From Squalus acanthias (lineage: Eukaryota): DNA of 64,000 nt. The notes beneath the pieces were generated by a model that worked only from the letters and a program-made list of their open reading frames with translations, was not told the DNA's origin and searched no databases. Location: positions 126,606,001-126,670,000 of the forward strand of contig CM059431.1 in the NCBI GenBank assembly GCA_030390025.1. Direction: 5' to 3'. Of the stretch, positions 1 through 11,991 are shown piece by piece (position 1 is the stretch's first letter; the number at the start of each line of letters is the position of its first letter). Position numbers and translations under genes: made by a program.

Positions 1-1395
1 GTCCCTCGCTCTTTGCTGGCTCGCACTCTGGTCATTGGGCCCAGCCCCGTGAATTTGACTACGCGGGTGTTTACAAATCGCCGCACACCTGCGCCTTAGC
101 GGGAACATTTCTCATTACCTCTCACTATTGACCGATCGCTTCTGTCATCTTTACTTCACCTGCTATCTATTCCATCAGCATGGGTGCCCTTTATACTCTC
201 TCACCTTAGTTTTCAGATTCCCACCATGATCAGCCCCAACACCAGCAGCACCAGGCACACCAGCAACACCAACAACAACACCAACCTTCTCCACAATCAC
301 CTGATGCTGCACAGGACAGAGGGCATCAGCACCCGACCACATTGCTGCCCAGGAAACCTGGGATGGCCTCACCCTGGCCAGATTTAATTCACTTGACGCT
401 GTCCACCCTGGTTGCCACATGATGCGCCAGGTTGGCACCACCCCACACCAACACCTTAAAGCATCCCTGCAATGTCCAAGCCATTCCTTTCACACTCACC
501 ACCATTGCGGGGGGGGGGACGTTATGTCTCACCAGTCACTGCAACTCACTAAGCCACTTCCAAAGGTGCACACAAATCTGTCCAAGAACGCAAAGTGTTC
601 AAAATAAAGGTTTCAATTTTTGACACCACATCAACAGAAACTTTACGTGAACATTGCATAATACACTCAAGTGCCTACCCTTGGGTGTTGTTAGTTGGAA
701 TGATCGCACCAGGATGAGATGAGTGTGAAGGGTGGCTAGTGAGATGGGGATGTGATAATGTAGATAGACAGGGATGGGTGGAGGTGCAAGGTATGTTAGT
801 GTGAGTAAGGATGTGCAGGAGTAGGGTAGGGAAGGCACAGTGATGTGGATGTGATGAGAGGCACAGCAGGGTGAGGTTGAGTGTGGCTTTGTACTAACGT
901 TTTGTGATCTATTGAGATCATTGAAAAGTTTGCGGCACTGCACCCAGGTCCTCCTGACCATATCCCTGCTTGTGCCCTCCTCTGCAATGTGCGACTAGGC
1001 TGTGTTGATCTCCTGTGGAGGTCTCTTCCGCCCACGGGAAGGGAAGAGGATCTCCCTGCGTGCTCTGGAGGGAGTCATGGGAGAGCCTGGGTGCAGCCCT
1101 GCACCTCTGAGCAGTGCTTGTCAGTGTTTGCAGCACCTCACTGCTGTAGAACACCGACAGCCCAAATGTCAAAATAAATTTGGATATGGTCCCTTTAAGG
1201 AAACCGGCTGATGACGCGTCATCAAATGACGTCACCAGACTCGCTTCCTCGAATTGGCTGGGAAATGCTCTGGGCGGGCTCAGTAAGCCCAATCAGGGGA
1301 AATTTATTTCAGAGGCCGGGATGGAGACAGCAGCGGGGTCAGGACCCACCACTGACCTCACTCGCCACGCACCCGCAGGGGTTAGTAAAATCGTG
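1..1395. mobile_element. PIF/Harbinger-type element remnant, internally deleted, left end outside window
   Basis: Minus-strand Myb/SANT remnant (RRTWVQCRKLFNDL, ~895-1140) and a GC-rich subterminal region ending ...gtaaaatcg at ~1393, as in the other Harbinger ends here. Confidence 0.6.
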
Positions 1396-1399
1396 GACA

Positions 1400-2300
1400 A
1401 TGTCTTCGGAGCCCAGCACAAAGTCCGTTCCCTAGCCATTGACTCTATCCCTCTACATAGCATCTGCCTGAGGCTGAACCAAACTCTTCACAACCTTGGT
1501 GTCATATTTGAACCAGAAATGAGCTTTCGGCCTCATATCTGCAGCATAACTAAGACCGCCTATTTCCACCTCCGTAACATTGCCCGACTCCGCCCCTGCC
1601 TCAGCTCATCTGCTGCTGAAACCTTCATCCATGCCTTTGTTTCCTCTAGACTTGACAATTCCAATGCACTCCTGGCTCGCCTCCCACGTTCTACCCTATG
1701 CAAACTTGAGGTCATCCAAAACTCGGCTGCCCGTGTCCTAACTCGCACCAAGTCCTATTCACCTGTCACCTCCATGCTCGCTGATCTACATTGGCTCCTG
1801 GTTAAGCAATGCCTTGATATTAAAATTCTCATTCTTGTTTTCAAATTCCTCCATGGCCTCACCACTCCCCATCTCGGTAATCTCCTCCAGATATCTGCGC
1901 TCCTCCAATCCTGGCTTCTAGAGCAACCCTGATTTTAATCGCTCAACCATTGGTGGCCATGCCTTCAGCTGCCAAGTCCCTAAGCTCTGGAATTCCCTCC
2001 TTCTCTCAGAGGGTGGTGAATCTTTGGAATTCTCTACCCCACAGGGCTGTGGAGGCTCAGTCGTTGAGTATATTCAAGACAGAGATCGATAGATTTTTGA
2101 ATATTAAGGGAATCAAGGGATATACGTATAGTTCAGGAAAGTGGAGATGAGGTAGAATATCAGACAGATCTTATTGAATGGCGGAGCAGGCTCGAAGAGC
2201 CAAATGGCCCACTCCTGCTCCTATTTCTTATGTTCTTATGTTCTCCCTAAATCTCTCCACCTCTCTACCTCTCTTTCCTCCTTTAAGATGCTCCTTAAAA
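1400..2300 (+). mobile_element. L2 LINE 3' fragment, interrupted by a CR1 tail
   Basis: LGVIFEPEMSFRPHI...YFHLRNIARLRP...FVSSRLD is the L2 ORF2 C-terminus; L2 3' UTR resumes at ~2244. Confidence 0.85.
2001..2243 (+). mobile_element. CR1 LINE 3' end nested in L2
   Basis: FSQRVVNLWNSLP motif and ...ctcctgctcctatttcttatgttcttatg tail. Confidence 0.85.
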
Positions 2301-2384
2301 GTTGTTGTGGTTGTTGCTGAGCGAGTGGAGAGCTACAGACCTCTATCTGAATAGGAGCTGCATAATGGTGCGACATCAATCGTT

Positions 2385-2540
2385 GATCATTGAAATCAGA
2401 CTGATTTTTGTTGGGTAAGGTTATGAAGGCATATAGAGCAATGGCAAGTGAATGGAGTTGAGGCACAGATCAACCAGGATCTCATTGAATGGCGGAGCAC
2501 ACCCGAGAGGCTGAATGGCCTCCTTCTGTTCCTATTTTCC
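2385..2540 (+). mobile_element. CR1-type 3' tail fragment
   Basis: gatctcattgaatggcggagc...gctgaatggcctccttctgttcct matches the CR1 tails elsewhere in the window. Confidence 0.65.
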
Positions 2541-2544
2541 TGTG

Positions 2545-3740
2545 AAAGTTTTTTGCAGGGGTGGACGCAGATGGAAATAGGTTGGAAGGTGGTGGGGGGT
2601 TACGGGTGATAAAATGAATGGTCAGAGATGGCCTTGTCAATGATTGAGACCATGCAAGCAGTGAGGCCAGGAGAGACGGCAATGTAGAGGGGTGGACGTG
2701 ATAGGTAGGGGTGTTTAAGGGACAACAGGAGGGCAGTAAAATCGGAGGAGAAAGGACAAGGGGAGTTGAGATGGAGATTGAAATGACCGAGGAGGAGTCA
2801 ATGGGCTCGATTTTCCAAGCCCCGAGGAGGCGGGATTGGAGGCGTGTGAGGTGGTAAAATGGGAGAAATTGGGGGCGGGTGACACACCCGCCCCCATCCC
2901 GCCTCTGTGCCCTTTTGCCAGGAGCGGGATGATGTGCAGCTTCGGGTCCCGTCTCCTGGAGGCGGGAAAGGCTTTTAATCCTTTTAACTGCCTGTTAACA
3001 GGTAGTTAACAGGCAGAAAAAGGGATTAGTGCCATTTTACCTTCACAGGTGAAGGCTTCCCAACCTCGGAGAACCCCGTCGGGTTGGAGGAGACATGGAG
3101 GAGGTCTGCGACGGTCAGAGGCACCTGGAAGTAAGGTGTAGAGGTGAGTGATGGGTGCAAGTGTGGAGTGGTAAGTATGCAAGGTGAGTGATAAGTTTAA
3201 ACTTACCTTTTTTTACTTCTGTAGCCTTTAGCCGTGCTGGATCGGGAGAGTGGACATCCACCTTGTCAATTTCAGGTAATGGCCGATGGACCCTCCAATC
3301 CATCAGACATCTGAAATTTACTTTTTCCACAATGTTTTTTCAGTCCTCACCACAAAAACAAATCAAACTCAAGAGAATGTCAGTGTTTGACAGCTTCACA
3401 GAGCTGTCAAATGCTGTCATTTCTTCTTTCAAGAAGTCTTGACAGACAGCACGTCTGACGTTGACGTGATCTGTCAGTGACTTCTTCCATAATTGGCTTG
3501 CTGAGCCCGCCGGGCGGGCTTAACAAGCTCAATCAGGGGAAAATCCCTCTGAATGGTCAGGCGAGGATGGAGGCGGGACATTGAAACGACAAGCAGCAGT
3601 CCCGCCTCTAAGTCGCCTCCATTGACATAATCCAGCCCAATGAGTGCAGAGGCTGAAGGAGGAAAGCAGGGAGGATATGTTGGTGAGAAATCTGGGGTGG
3701 TGGGCAGTAGACAACAAGGATTTTAAAGGAGACAAGAGTG
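2545..3740 (-). mobile_element. L2 endonuclease-region fragment split by a MITE
   Basis: Removing 2803-3641 rejoins minus-strand ...SLLSSFSLCTH*LLLGHFNLHLNS (degenerate GDFN motif). Confidence 0.6.
2803..3638. mobile_element. Harbinger-type non-autonomous element (MITE)
   Basis: TIRs gggctcgatt / aatccagccc; perfect 3-bp TSD AAT (2800-2802, 3639-3641); inverted relative at 28533-30616. Confidence 0.85.
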
Positions 3741-3746
3741 GAAAAA

Positions 3747-3828
3747 ATGTCACAACGAACTGCTCTGATGTCACAACGGGCTGCTCTGATGTCACAACGG
3801 ACCGTTCTGATGTCACAGCAACTTCCTG
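3747..3828 (+). repeat. 21-bp tandem repeat, ~4 copies (atgtcacaacgRRctgctctg)
   Basis: Units start at 3747, 3768, 3789 and 3810. Confidence 0.9.
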
Positions 3829-4250
3829 ATGACATCATTAAGCAGCTTCAATCTCTGACACAGGAAGATCCCAATTTAAGGCAATTCTGCTAGAAATGTC
3901 TGTCCAACACTCCCATTTCCACATCTTTTGTCACAAGTACTTTGAGTGTCTGTGGTGCGATGAGGTTCTTTATTAGGAACAAACAGCTGCTCAATCCAAT
4001 ATGGCTGCCAAGGGTTGGGAATGTTGCCTTGTCCGTATGGTCTGTATCTCAGGCCTGGGCCTTAAACCCCAGCACCCACCTTAAAGCTGCCACAAAGAGC
4101 TGGCAGGACTTATATGGGCACATGACCCAGGGCCACATCACAATTGAGGGATTATGTAACCTGGCCTCACAATAAAAACCATGGCGACACAGAAACCCAG
4201 GGCTGGACAAAATACAGCAAAGTGCTACAAACTGTGCATTTCTGCATGAG

Positions 4251-5588
4251 ATGGATGTTGTGACAGAGATAAAGTGTCTCGGGCTAAAATCACAAATGGA
4301 CAACCTGCTTAACAAGCTCTACCAGCAGATTGGTGTTTCGCTGGAGTCTACTGATGATCTTGCTGTGAAGAACCAGACTGAGATCCTTCGCTGTTTCAGA
4401 GTTCTGTCCCCAGCTTATGCAGACAAATTGGTGGAATTTCTCCTATCTCAGTTAGAGAATGCTGACCAACAAATGAGAGTAGGAACACTCACCGTACTAA
4501 AGCTCCTCATCACATCGGTCTCATCGCACTTGGAGAGGAAGAAGGCTCAGATTGTGGCTGCAATAAAACCAGTCCTTCTCGACAAGAGTAGCAATCAGGA
4601 GAAGAAGCTCATTGCCCAGGTAATATGTGTCATGGCCCAGCAAGGTTACCTTGAGCCCAAGGGCGGAAAGGCAATGGTGCAATTCCTCATCCAACAGTGT
4701 GCGGCACCCGTTGGTTCTGGGTCCCTGGTACCACCCAATCATCAGCCAGACCCAGTAACAGATGAAGAATTAGTCACACTGTGTGAAAGAGTGATGTGTT
4801 TGATCACAACTGCAGTGAAGATGGAGGATGTCCTTTGGCCATCCTTACTGGAGTTTGTCACTATGATCCAGTACACCAAGACTTTAACAATAATCTGCAG
4901 TTGTTCAGCACATATTGGGAAAAAGAAACTGCGAGCTGGTAGTGAAAGCTTTTCCTTTATTTACAATGAAGATGCCAATCTCCCTAAAGCCCAGGTACTG
5001 CTGACCCGGCTCCTCGTTATGTCTTGTTGCCCATATCAGGGAGGAGGCCGAGGAGCTGTGGCACTGAGTCTACTGAAAGTCCCGAGTCTCGATGTCCACT
5101 CAGAATCAGTGAGGTGGTGGGAAGACGAGCTGACACCATTAGTTGACCATTTACTGGAAAATTCAGAGGAATCTCTGTCCCAATCGGAATGGGAGAATAA
5201 ATTATTGGCGGTCTTGCGCCGAGCTTTAAATACGATTGATGACGAGGAATGGACATGCCAGCTCGCTGATGAAATATCAAACATGTAGAAGCCTGGATCA
5301 GTTCAGCAAAAGATTTTGAACGAGAGAGAGCCATGGATGACCTTGGAGCTTCTGAAACTTTACTGGAGGAAGCTCAATGTTAGTGATGTAGTGCCTGGAA
5401 ATAACACGGGGACTCTGATTGGGTGACTGATGCCGCGCTGTGCAGACCCATCGCTTCCCGTTCGACAGATGGCCCTGGACTCTTTGTACATAATCCTGGC
5501 CATTCATTTGTCGTGTGAAGGCACCAATCTAGTTCAGCAAACGGAGCAGTTAGAGGGGCTGAAAAGAGTCAGAGAAAACTTGATTAAC
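4251..5588 (+). pseudogene. MROH1-like: Intronless MROH1-like (maestro heat-like repeat) copy, part 1
   Basis: 345-aa ORF with NQTEILRCF, RVGTL, MAQQGYLEPKGGKAMVQFLIQQCA, VLWPSLLEF, PYQGGGRGAVALSLL and EWENKLL, collinear with MROH1; followed by frameshifted WISS...ERERA and PRCADP...RQMALDSLY segments. Confidence 0.88.
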
Positions 5589-8500
5589 ATGAAACTATCG
5601 GATTGTCGTAAAAACCCATCTGGTTGACTAATGTCCTTTAGGGAAGGAAATCTGCCATCCTTACCTGGTCTGGCCTATATGTGACTCCAGACCGACAGCA
5701 ATGTGGTTGACTCTTAATTGCCCTCTGAAATGGCCTAGCAAGCCACTCAGTTGTAACTAAACGCTAGGAAACACAATAATAAAAATGAAACCGGATGGAC
5801 CACCTGGCATCGACCTCAGCACCGGCTACGGACACGGCAACAGCACACCCAGCCCAGTCAACCCTGCAAAGTCCTCCTCACCAGCATCTGGGGAGTTGTG
5901 CCAAAATTGGGAGAGAGGTCCCACAGACTAGTCAAGCGACAGCCGGACATATTCATACTCACAGAATCATACCTTTCAGCCAATGTCCCGAACTCGTCCA
6001 TCCCTATCCCTGGTTAAGTCCTGTCCCACGGGCAGGACAGACCCACCAGGGGTGGCGGCACAGTGGTATACAGTCGGGAAGGAGTGGCCCTGGGAGTCCT
6101 CAACATTGACTCCGGACCCTATGAAGTCTCATGGCTTCAGGTCAAGCATGGGCAAGGAAACCTGCTGCTGATTACCAACTACCACCCTCCCTCAGCTGAT
6201 GAATCAGTACTCCGCCATGTTGAATGCCAGTTGGAAGAAGCCCTGAGAGTAGCAAGGGCGAAGAATGTACTCTGGGTGGGGACTTCAATCTCCATCACCA
6301 AGAGTGGGTCGGTGGAACCACTACTGACCGAGCTGGCCGAGTCCTGATGGACAAAGCTGCCAGTCTGGGCCTGCGACAGGTGGTGAGAGAACCAACACGA
6401 GAGAAAAACATACTTGACCTCGTCCTCACCAATCTACCTGTCGCAGATGCATCTGTCCATGACAGTATTGGTAGCAGTGACCACGGCACAGTCATTGTGG
6501 AGACGAAGTCCTGTCTTCACACTGACGACACCCTCCATCATGTTGTGTGGCACTACCACCGTGCTAAATGGGATAGATTCAGAACAGATCTAGCAGCACA
6601 AAACTGGGCATCCATGAGGCGCTGTGGGCCATCAGCAGCAGCAGAATTGTATTCCACCACAATCTGTAACCTCATGGCCCGGCATATCCATCACTCTACC
6701 ATTACCATCAAGCCAGGGGACCAACCCTGGTTCAATGAGGAGTGCAGAAGAGCATGCGAGGAGCAGCACCAGGCGTACCTAAAAATGAGGCGTCAACCTG
6801 GGGAAGCTGCAACACAGGACTACATGCATGCTAAAAAGCGGAAGCAGCATGCTATAGACAGGGCTAAGCGATCCACAATCAACGGATCAGATCAAAGCTC
6901 TGCAGTCCTGCCACATCCAGTCATGAATGGTGGTGGATTATTAAACAACTAACGGGAGGAGGAGGCTTCATAAATATCCCCATCCTCAGTGATGGTGGAG
7001 CCCAGCATGTGAGTGCAAAAGACAAGGCTGAAGCGTTTGCAACCATCTTCAGCCAGAAGTACCGAGTGGATGATCCATATCGGCCTCCTCCTGCGGTCCC
7101 CACCATCACAGGAGCCAGTCTTCAGCCAATTTGATTCACTCCACGTGAAATCAAGAAATGGCTGAGCGCACTAGATACAGCAAAGGCTATGGGTCCTGAC
7201 AACATCCCAGCTATCGTGCTGAGGTCTTGTGCTCCAGAACTAGCCGTGCCTCCAGCCAAGCTGTTCCAGTACAGCTACAACACTGGCATCGAGCCGACAA
7301 TGCGGAAAACTGCCCAGGTGTGTCCTGTCCACAAAAAGCAGGACAAATCCAACCCGGCCAATTACCGCCCCATCAGTCGCCTCTCAATCATCAGCAAAGT
7401 GATGGAAGGTGTCATCGACAGTGCAATCAAGCGGCACTTACTCACCAATAACCTGCTCACTGATGATCAGTTTGGGTTCTGCCAAGACCACTCGGCCGCC
7501 GACCTCATTACAGCCTTGGTCCAACCATGGACCAAGGAGCTGAATTCCAGAGGTGAGGTGAGAGTGACTGCCCTTGACATCAAGGCAGCATTTGACCGAG
7601 TCTGGCATCAAGGAGTCCTAGTAAAACTGAAGTCAATGGGAATCAGGGGGAAAACAGTCCACTGGCTGGAGTCATACCTAGCACAAAGGAAGATGGTTGT
7701 GGTGGTTGAAGGTCAATCATCACAGCCCCAGGACAGCGCTGCAGGAGTTCCTCAGGGCAGTGTCCTAGGCCCAACCATCTTCAGCTGCTTCATCAATGAC
7801 CTTCCCTCCAACATAAGGTCAGAAATGGGGATGTTCGCTGATGACTGCACAGTGTTTAGCGCCATTCACAACTCCACAGATAATGAAGCAGTCCATGCCC
7901 GCATGCAACAAGACCTGGATGACGTTCAGGCTTGGGCTGATAAGTGGCAGGTAACATTCGCACGACAGAAGTGCCAGGCAATGACTATCTCCAACAAGCG
8001 AGAGTCAAAACACCGCCCCTTGACCTTCAGTGGCATTACCATCACCGAATCCCACACCATCAACATCCTGGGGGTCACCATTGACCAGAAACTTAACTGG
8101 ACCAGCCACATAAATACTGTGGCAACAAGAGCAGGTGAGAGGCTAGGTATTCTGCGGCGAGTGTCTCCCCTCCTGACTCCCTAAAGCCTTTCTACCATCT
8201 ACAAGGCACAAGTAAGGAGTGTGATGGAATATTCTCCACTTGCCTGGATGAGTACAGCTCCAACAACACTCAAGAAGCTCGACACCATCCAGGACAAAGC
8301 AGCCCGCTTGATTGGCACCCCCTCTACCACCTTAAACATCCACTCCCTCCACCACCGGCGTACTGTGGCTGCAGTGTGTACCATCGACAAGATGCACTGC
8401 AGCAACTCGCCAAGGCTTCTTCGGCAGCACCTCCCAAACCGGCGACCTCTTCCACCTAGAAGGACAAGGGCAGCAAACGCATGGGAACACCACCACCTCC

Positions 8501-8738
8501 AAGTTCCCCTCCAAGTCACAGATCATCCTGACTTAGAAGTATATCGCCGATCCTTCATCGTCGCTGGGTCAAAATCCTGGAACTCCCTACCTAACAGCAC
8601 TGTGGGAGTACCTTCACCACACGGACTGCAGCAGTTCAAGAAGGTGGCTCACCACCACCTTCTCAAGGGCAATTAGTGATGGGCAATAAATGCTGGCTTT
8701 GCCAGCGATGCCCACATCCCATAAAAATTAAAAAAAAA
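5589..8738 (+). mobile_element. Near full-length single-ORF CR1-group LINE (APE endonuclease + RT), disabled
   Basis: EN motifs (ILTESYL, GDFNLHH, LDLVLTN, SDH); RT motifs (NYRPIS, DIKAAFDRVWH, GVPQGSVLGP, FADD); A-rich tail; frameshifts/stops; inserted exactly between MROH codons ENLIN|PDL. Confidence 0.92.
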
Positions 8739-9050
8739 CCTGACCTTTCAGTGCTCTTTAACTCATGCTCTCTAATCACAGAGGTCATTTCCAAATGTTT
8801 GCCCCATGACCAGCTGGGTAACTTACTCTTCATGGTCTTCAAAGGACTTCATGCAAACTATCATTAAACTACGAGGCAATGAACTTGGGGACCAGGTGTC
8901 AGAGATAATTGATGCGCTGAGACTTGAATTGCAATCAATTCCTTACAAGCAGATGAAACTTTCAGTTCTGCGTAGTATCTCCATTCTGGCCTCACACAAC
9001 ACAGCAACAGTTGTGTCCTGTCTCCTCACCTACCCCGTCCCTTTGGACAC
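8739..9050 (+). pseudogene. MROH1-like: Intronless MROH1-like copy, part 2
   Basis: PDLSVLFNSCSLITEVISKCLPHDQL...RGNELGDQVSEIIDALR...VVSCLLTYPVPLD continues MROH1 homology after the LINE. Confidence 0.85.
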
Positions 9051-9777
9051 TCTTTCCCCATGACCCGGGACAAACAGCGTGAAGGTGCATGTGGCTTTGC
9101 TAGGATAGCTGGCTTCCCCATGGCGCAGGGCGCCATTGACTGCACGCATGTGGCATTGCGGGCACCTCATGAGAATGCAGAGGTATTCCGAAACTGCAAG
9201 GGCTTTCACTCTCTAATGTCCAGTTGGTGTGTGACCACAGACAGCGCATCCTCGCCGTCAATGCCCGCTATCCTGGCAGCAGCCATGATGCTTTTATCCT
9301 GCGTCAGACTGGTGTCCCAGGCCTCTTCCAACCACCGCGTCAACATCGTGGCTGGCTCCTCGGGGACAAGGGTTATCCACTCTGCACCTGGCTGGTGACA
9401 CCGCTCCGTAACCCCAACACTCCCAATGCATTGATAGCCATAGCGCCACCAGAAACCTCATTGAGCAGACGATTGGCATCTTGAAACAACGGTTCCAGTG
9501 TCTTGACCACTCTGGAGGAGCCCTGCAGTACTCTCCCGAGCGAGTCTCGCACTTCATTGTTGTGTGCTGCATGCTTCACAACCTTGCAATCATGAGGACA
9601 TAGCCATTGCCACCAAAGATTGGTGCACCACCTCAGGAAGAGGACGAGGGAGAGGAGGAGGAGGCGGAGGAGGAGGAGGATGAAGAGGAGGATCAGCAGC
9701 ACCAATATGGGAGGGAGGCACACAATGTTGCCTCTGCAAGGGCCGTCCGTGAACGCCTGATAGGACACCGCTTCTGA
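9051..9777 (+). pseudogene. Harbinger DDE transposase (HARBI1-like), 5'-truncated and frameshifted
   Basis: [57 protein letters not shown], acidic tail; TAG at 9601. Confidence 0.92.
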
Positions 9778-9892
9778 TGAATGACAGAGAAGATGGCTTC
9801 TGGGATGAGGAAGCACATCATCGCAAGCATCGCACAGCCCCTATTACCGGGCTAAGCTCCAATGAGACAAATGAGCAAAGTTGTAAACTTCC

Positions 9893-9912
9893 AATAAAAT
9901 GTTTTATTTATT
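9893..9912. terminator. Back-to-back poly(A) signals of the convergent Harbinger genes
   Basis: AATAAA on + at 9893 and TTTATT (AATAAA on -) at 9903-9912, between the two stop codons. Confidence 0.45.
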
Positions 9913-10083
9913 TTACAAACTGTCTTATTTATTCAGGACAAACAATTAGAAACAAACCCAACAATTCATAAACTAACAAAACTCGTTATCACAACATCGA
10001 GATAAGCAGCAAAACAGTAAAGAAATATATTAAGATGAACATCAAACTTTCCCACAAACATTCCCCCCATTTTTTAATAATTT

Positions 10084-11991
10084 TTACTTTTCGATCTTCG
10101 AGGGTGATCTCCATCCTCTGCGTACTTTCCCCCTTCCCACCCTACTACTCCTCCATAATGTGGCCCCAATGGCTGTAGCAAGGCTGGCAGAAGGCTGCTG
10201 AATGTTGGATCCAGAGACTGCTGATGACCTTGAAGGGCGCCCTCGACCAGCTCTGGGCATGGAGGGCCCGGCTGCAGACTGCACCAACTCTGCATGGGCG
10301 GCAGCAGTCTGGGCTGGCTGTGTTACAGGCTGTGGCAAGTGCAATGGCAGCGTGGCAGTGGTGGGAGCAGGAATGCTGTCATCCTGAGAGAGGACAACAT
10401 CTTCCTACTCGACCGACACACTGCCGCTCCCCCGGGGCAGAACCTCAGCATCCGGAGCAATCTGCTGGAGCACAGATTGCTGGCCTGCTGCAGTACCGTG
10501 AGATCCCCGGTGGACTGTGGGTGACCTAGCGAGGATGGCAGCAGTCAGCGCTTGCGTGACATCAATCTGAGACTTCAAGAGAGCAGTCTGAGACTGGATG
10601 ACACCAGCCAATGATTCGACTGCAGCACTAAGCCATTGCGTTGCGTCGGTCTGTGCTGCAATGGATCCTGCCACCTCACCCATTACACACGGTATGGGCT
10701 CTGGGTCCCCATGGCCTCCCTGCAATTCAACCATCCTCTGCAATGAGGCAAGGATGGGTTCAAGGGTTTGCGCACAGATGACAGCTGTGCTGGCGGCGGA
10801 CTCCTCCACGCTCCTAGCCAGTCCATCCATGCTGTCGGGCACCCTTGCCATTGCACCCATGAGCTCAGTGTGCATGCTCAAGGCCTGCATATTCATGGCC
10901 GCTATATCGAGGTCCTCATCCGAGTCCTGTGCAGCAGAACTCGTGCGTGTACTCACCCTCCGGGGAGATGGTCCCCGAGCTTCCCTTCCCCCATGGCATT
11001 GCTGCAGCCCGCTGGGTCCCGGAGCTTCACCCACATCAGATGCAAATCCCCTGCTCCCCTCCAGTGAACACGTGGCCCCAGTGTCGGAAGTATCACCCTC
11101 AGGAGACGCAGGCGGTGAGGCTCTGGCTTCCTCTCTCCTCTGGTGCGTCGCTGCCACTGGCAGGCTGAGGGACAGACTGGTCAGCTGGTGGTTCACTATC
11201 TGAAAGCAGGAAGTTACAAGAGTGGCTTTAATGTGAGGGCAGGGGGGCAGAAAGGGAGCAAGGACTGGAGACAGTTAGTTAGATTGAAAGTGTAAAAGAC
11301 TGGTGTTGTGAGGGGAAGTGGTATGAGAGAGGAGAGAAAGCTGTTGAACATACCATTGCTGTCCCCAAGGGGGTCGACCTCTCCACCGACCACAGCGCCT
11401 ACGACCTGGCTTGCAATCAGTATCTCGATTCTCTCCTCCAATTCAGTGAGGGGGTGTAGGTCCGCCTGTCCTCCTCCCATCTGCTGGGTCTCTCGGCAGT
11501 TATGTGAAAACTTGGGCCTGCAAGAAAAAGGAGAGTGTGTGAGTGAGTGTGCAGCCATGTGTTTGGCAGATGTGCCTACCATCGTTGAATAGCCGTTAAT
11601 GTGTGCATGGTGTGGGGTGTGCAAGTGAGTTTTATGAGATGGTCATAGTTGTTGGATGAGTGTTGGGCATTTGGGTATTTACACCGTCTGGGCACAGAGT
11701 GTAGTTGAGATGGTGGGATGTAGAAGTATTGAAAAGCAGGTACTCAGCCCTGACCACCCGAGTGAGGTCATTGAACTTTTTGCGACACTGTGTATGTGTC
11801 CTCTGCACCAGGCTCCGCAATGACACGTGCTGGGCCACCTCCCTCCAGACTCTTCTAAACTCGCAGGGCAATGGCCTCCTGCCACTCTCTGGAAAGAGCA
11901 CTGCCCGTCGCCGTTCAACTGCGCCAACCAGAGCCACCAAGGCCTGGTCCCTAAAGCGCCGAGCTCTCTCCCTGGGCCTCTGAGTATCCAT
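10084..11991 (-). pseudogene. Three-exon Harbinger Myb/SANT DNA-binding protein gene
   Basis: Exon 1 ~11991-11748 (RERARRF...WREVA...QCRKKFNDL); exon 2 11517-11354 (ttttcttgcag acceptor, gtatgt donor); exon 3 from 11199 (ctgctttcag acceptor), coiled-coil-like, with a frameshift near 10400. Confidence 0.8.

Noticed and set aside
1180..1932. 250-aa ORF as a host gene
   Set aside because: Chance fusion of a Harbinger end with L2 ORF2
9051..9777. Domesticated HARBI1 gene
   Set aside because: Truncated, frameshifted, and part of a TIR-bearing multi-copy element
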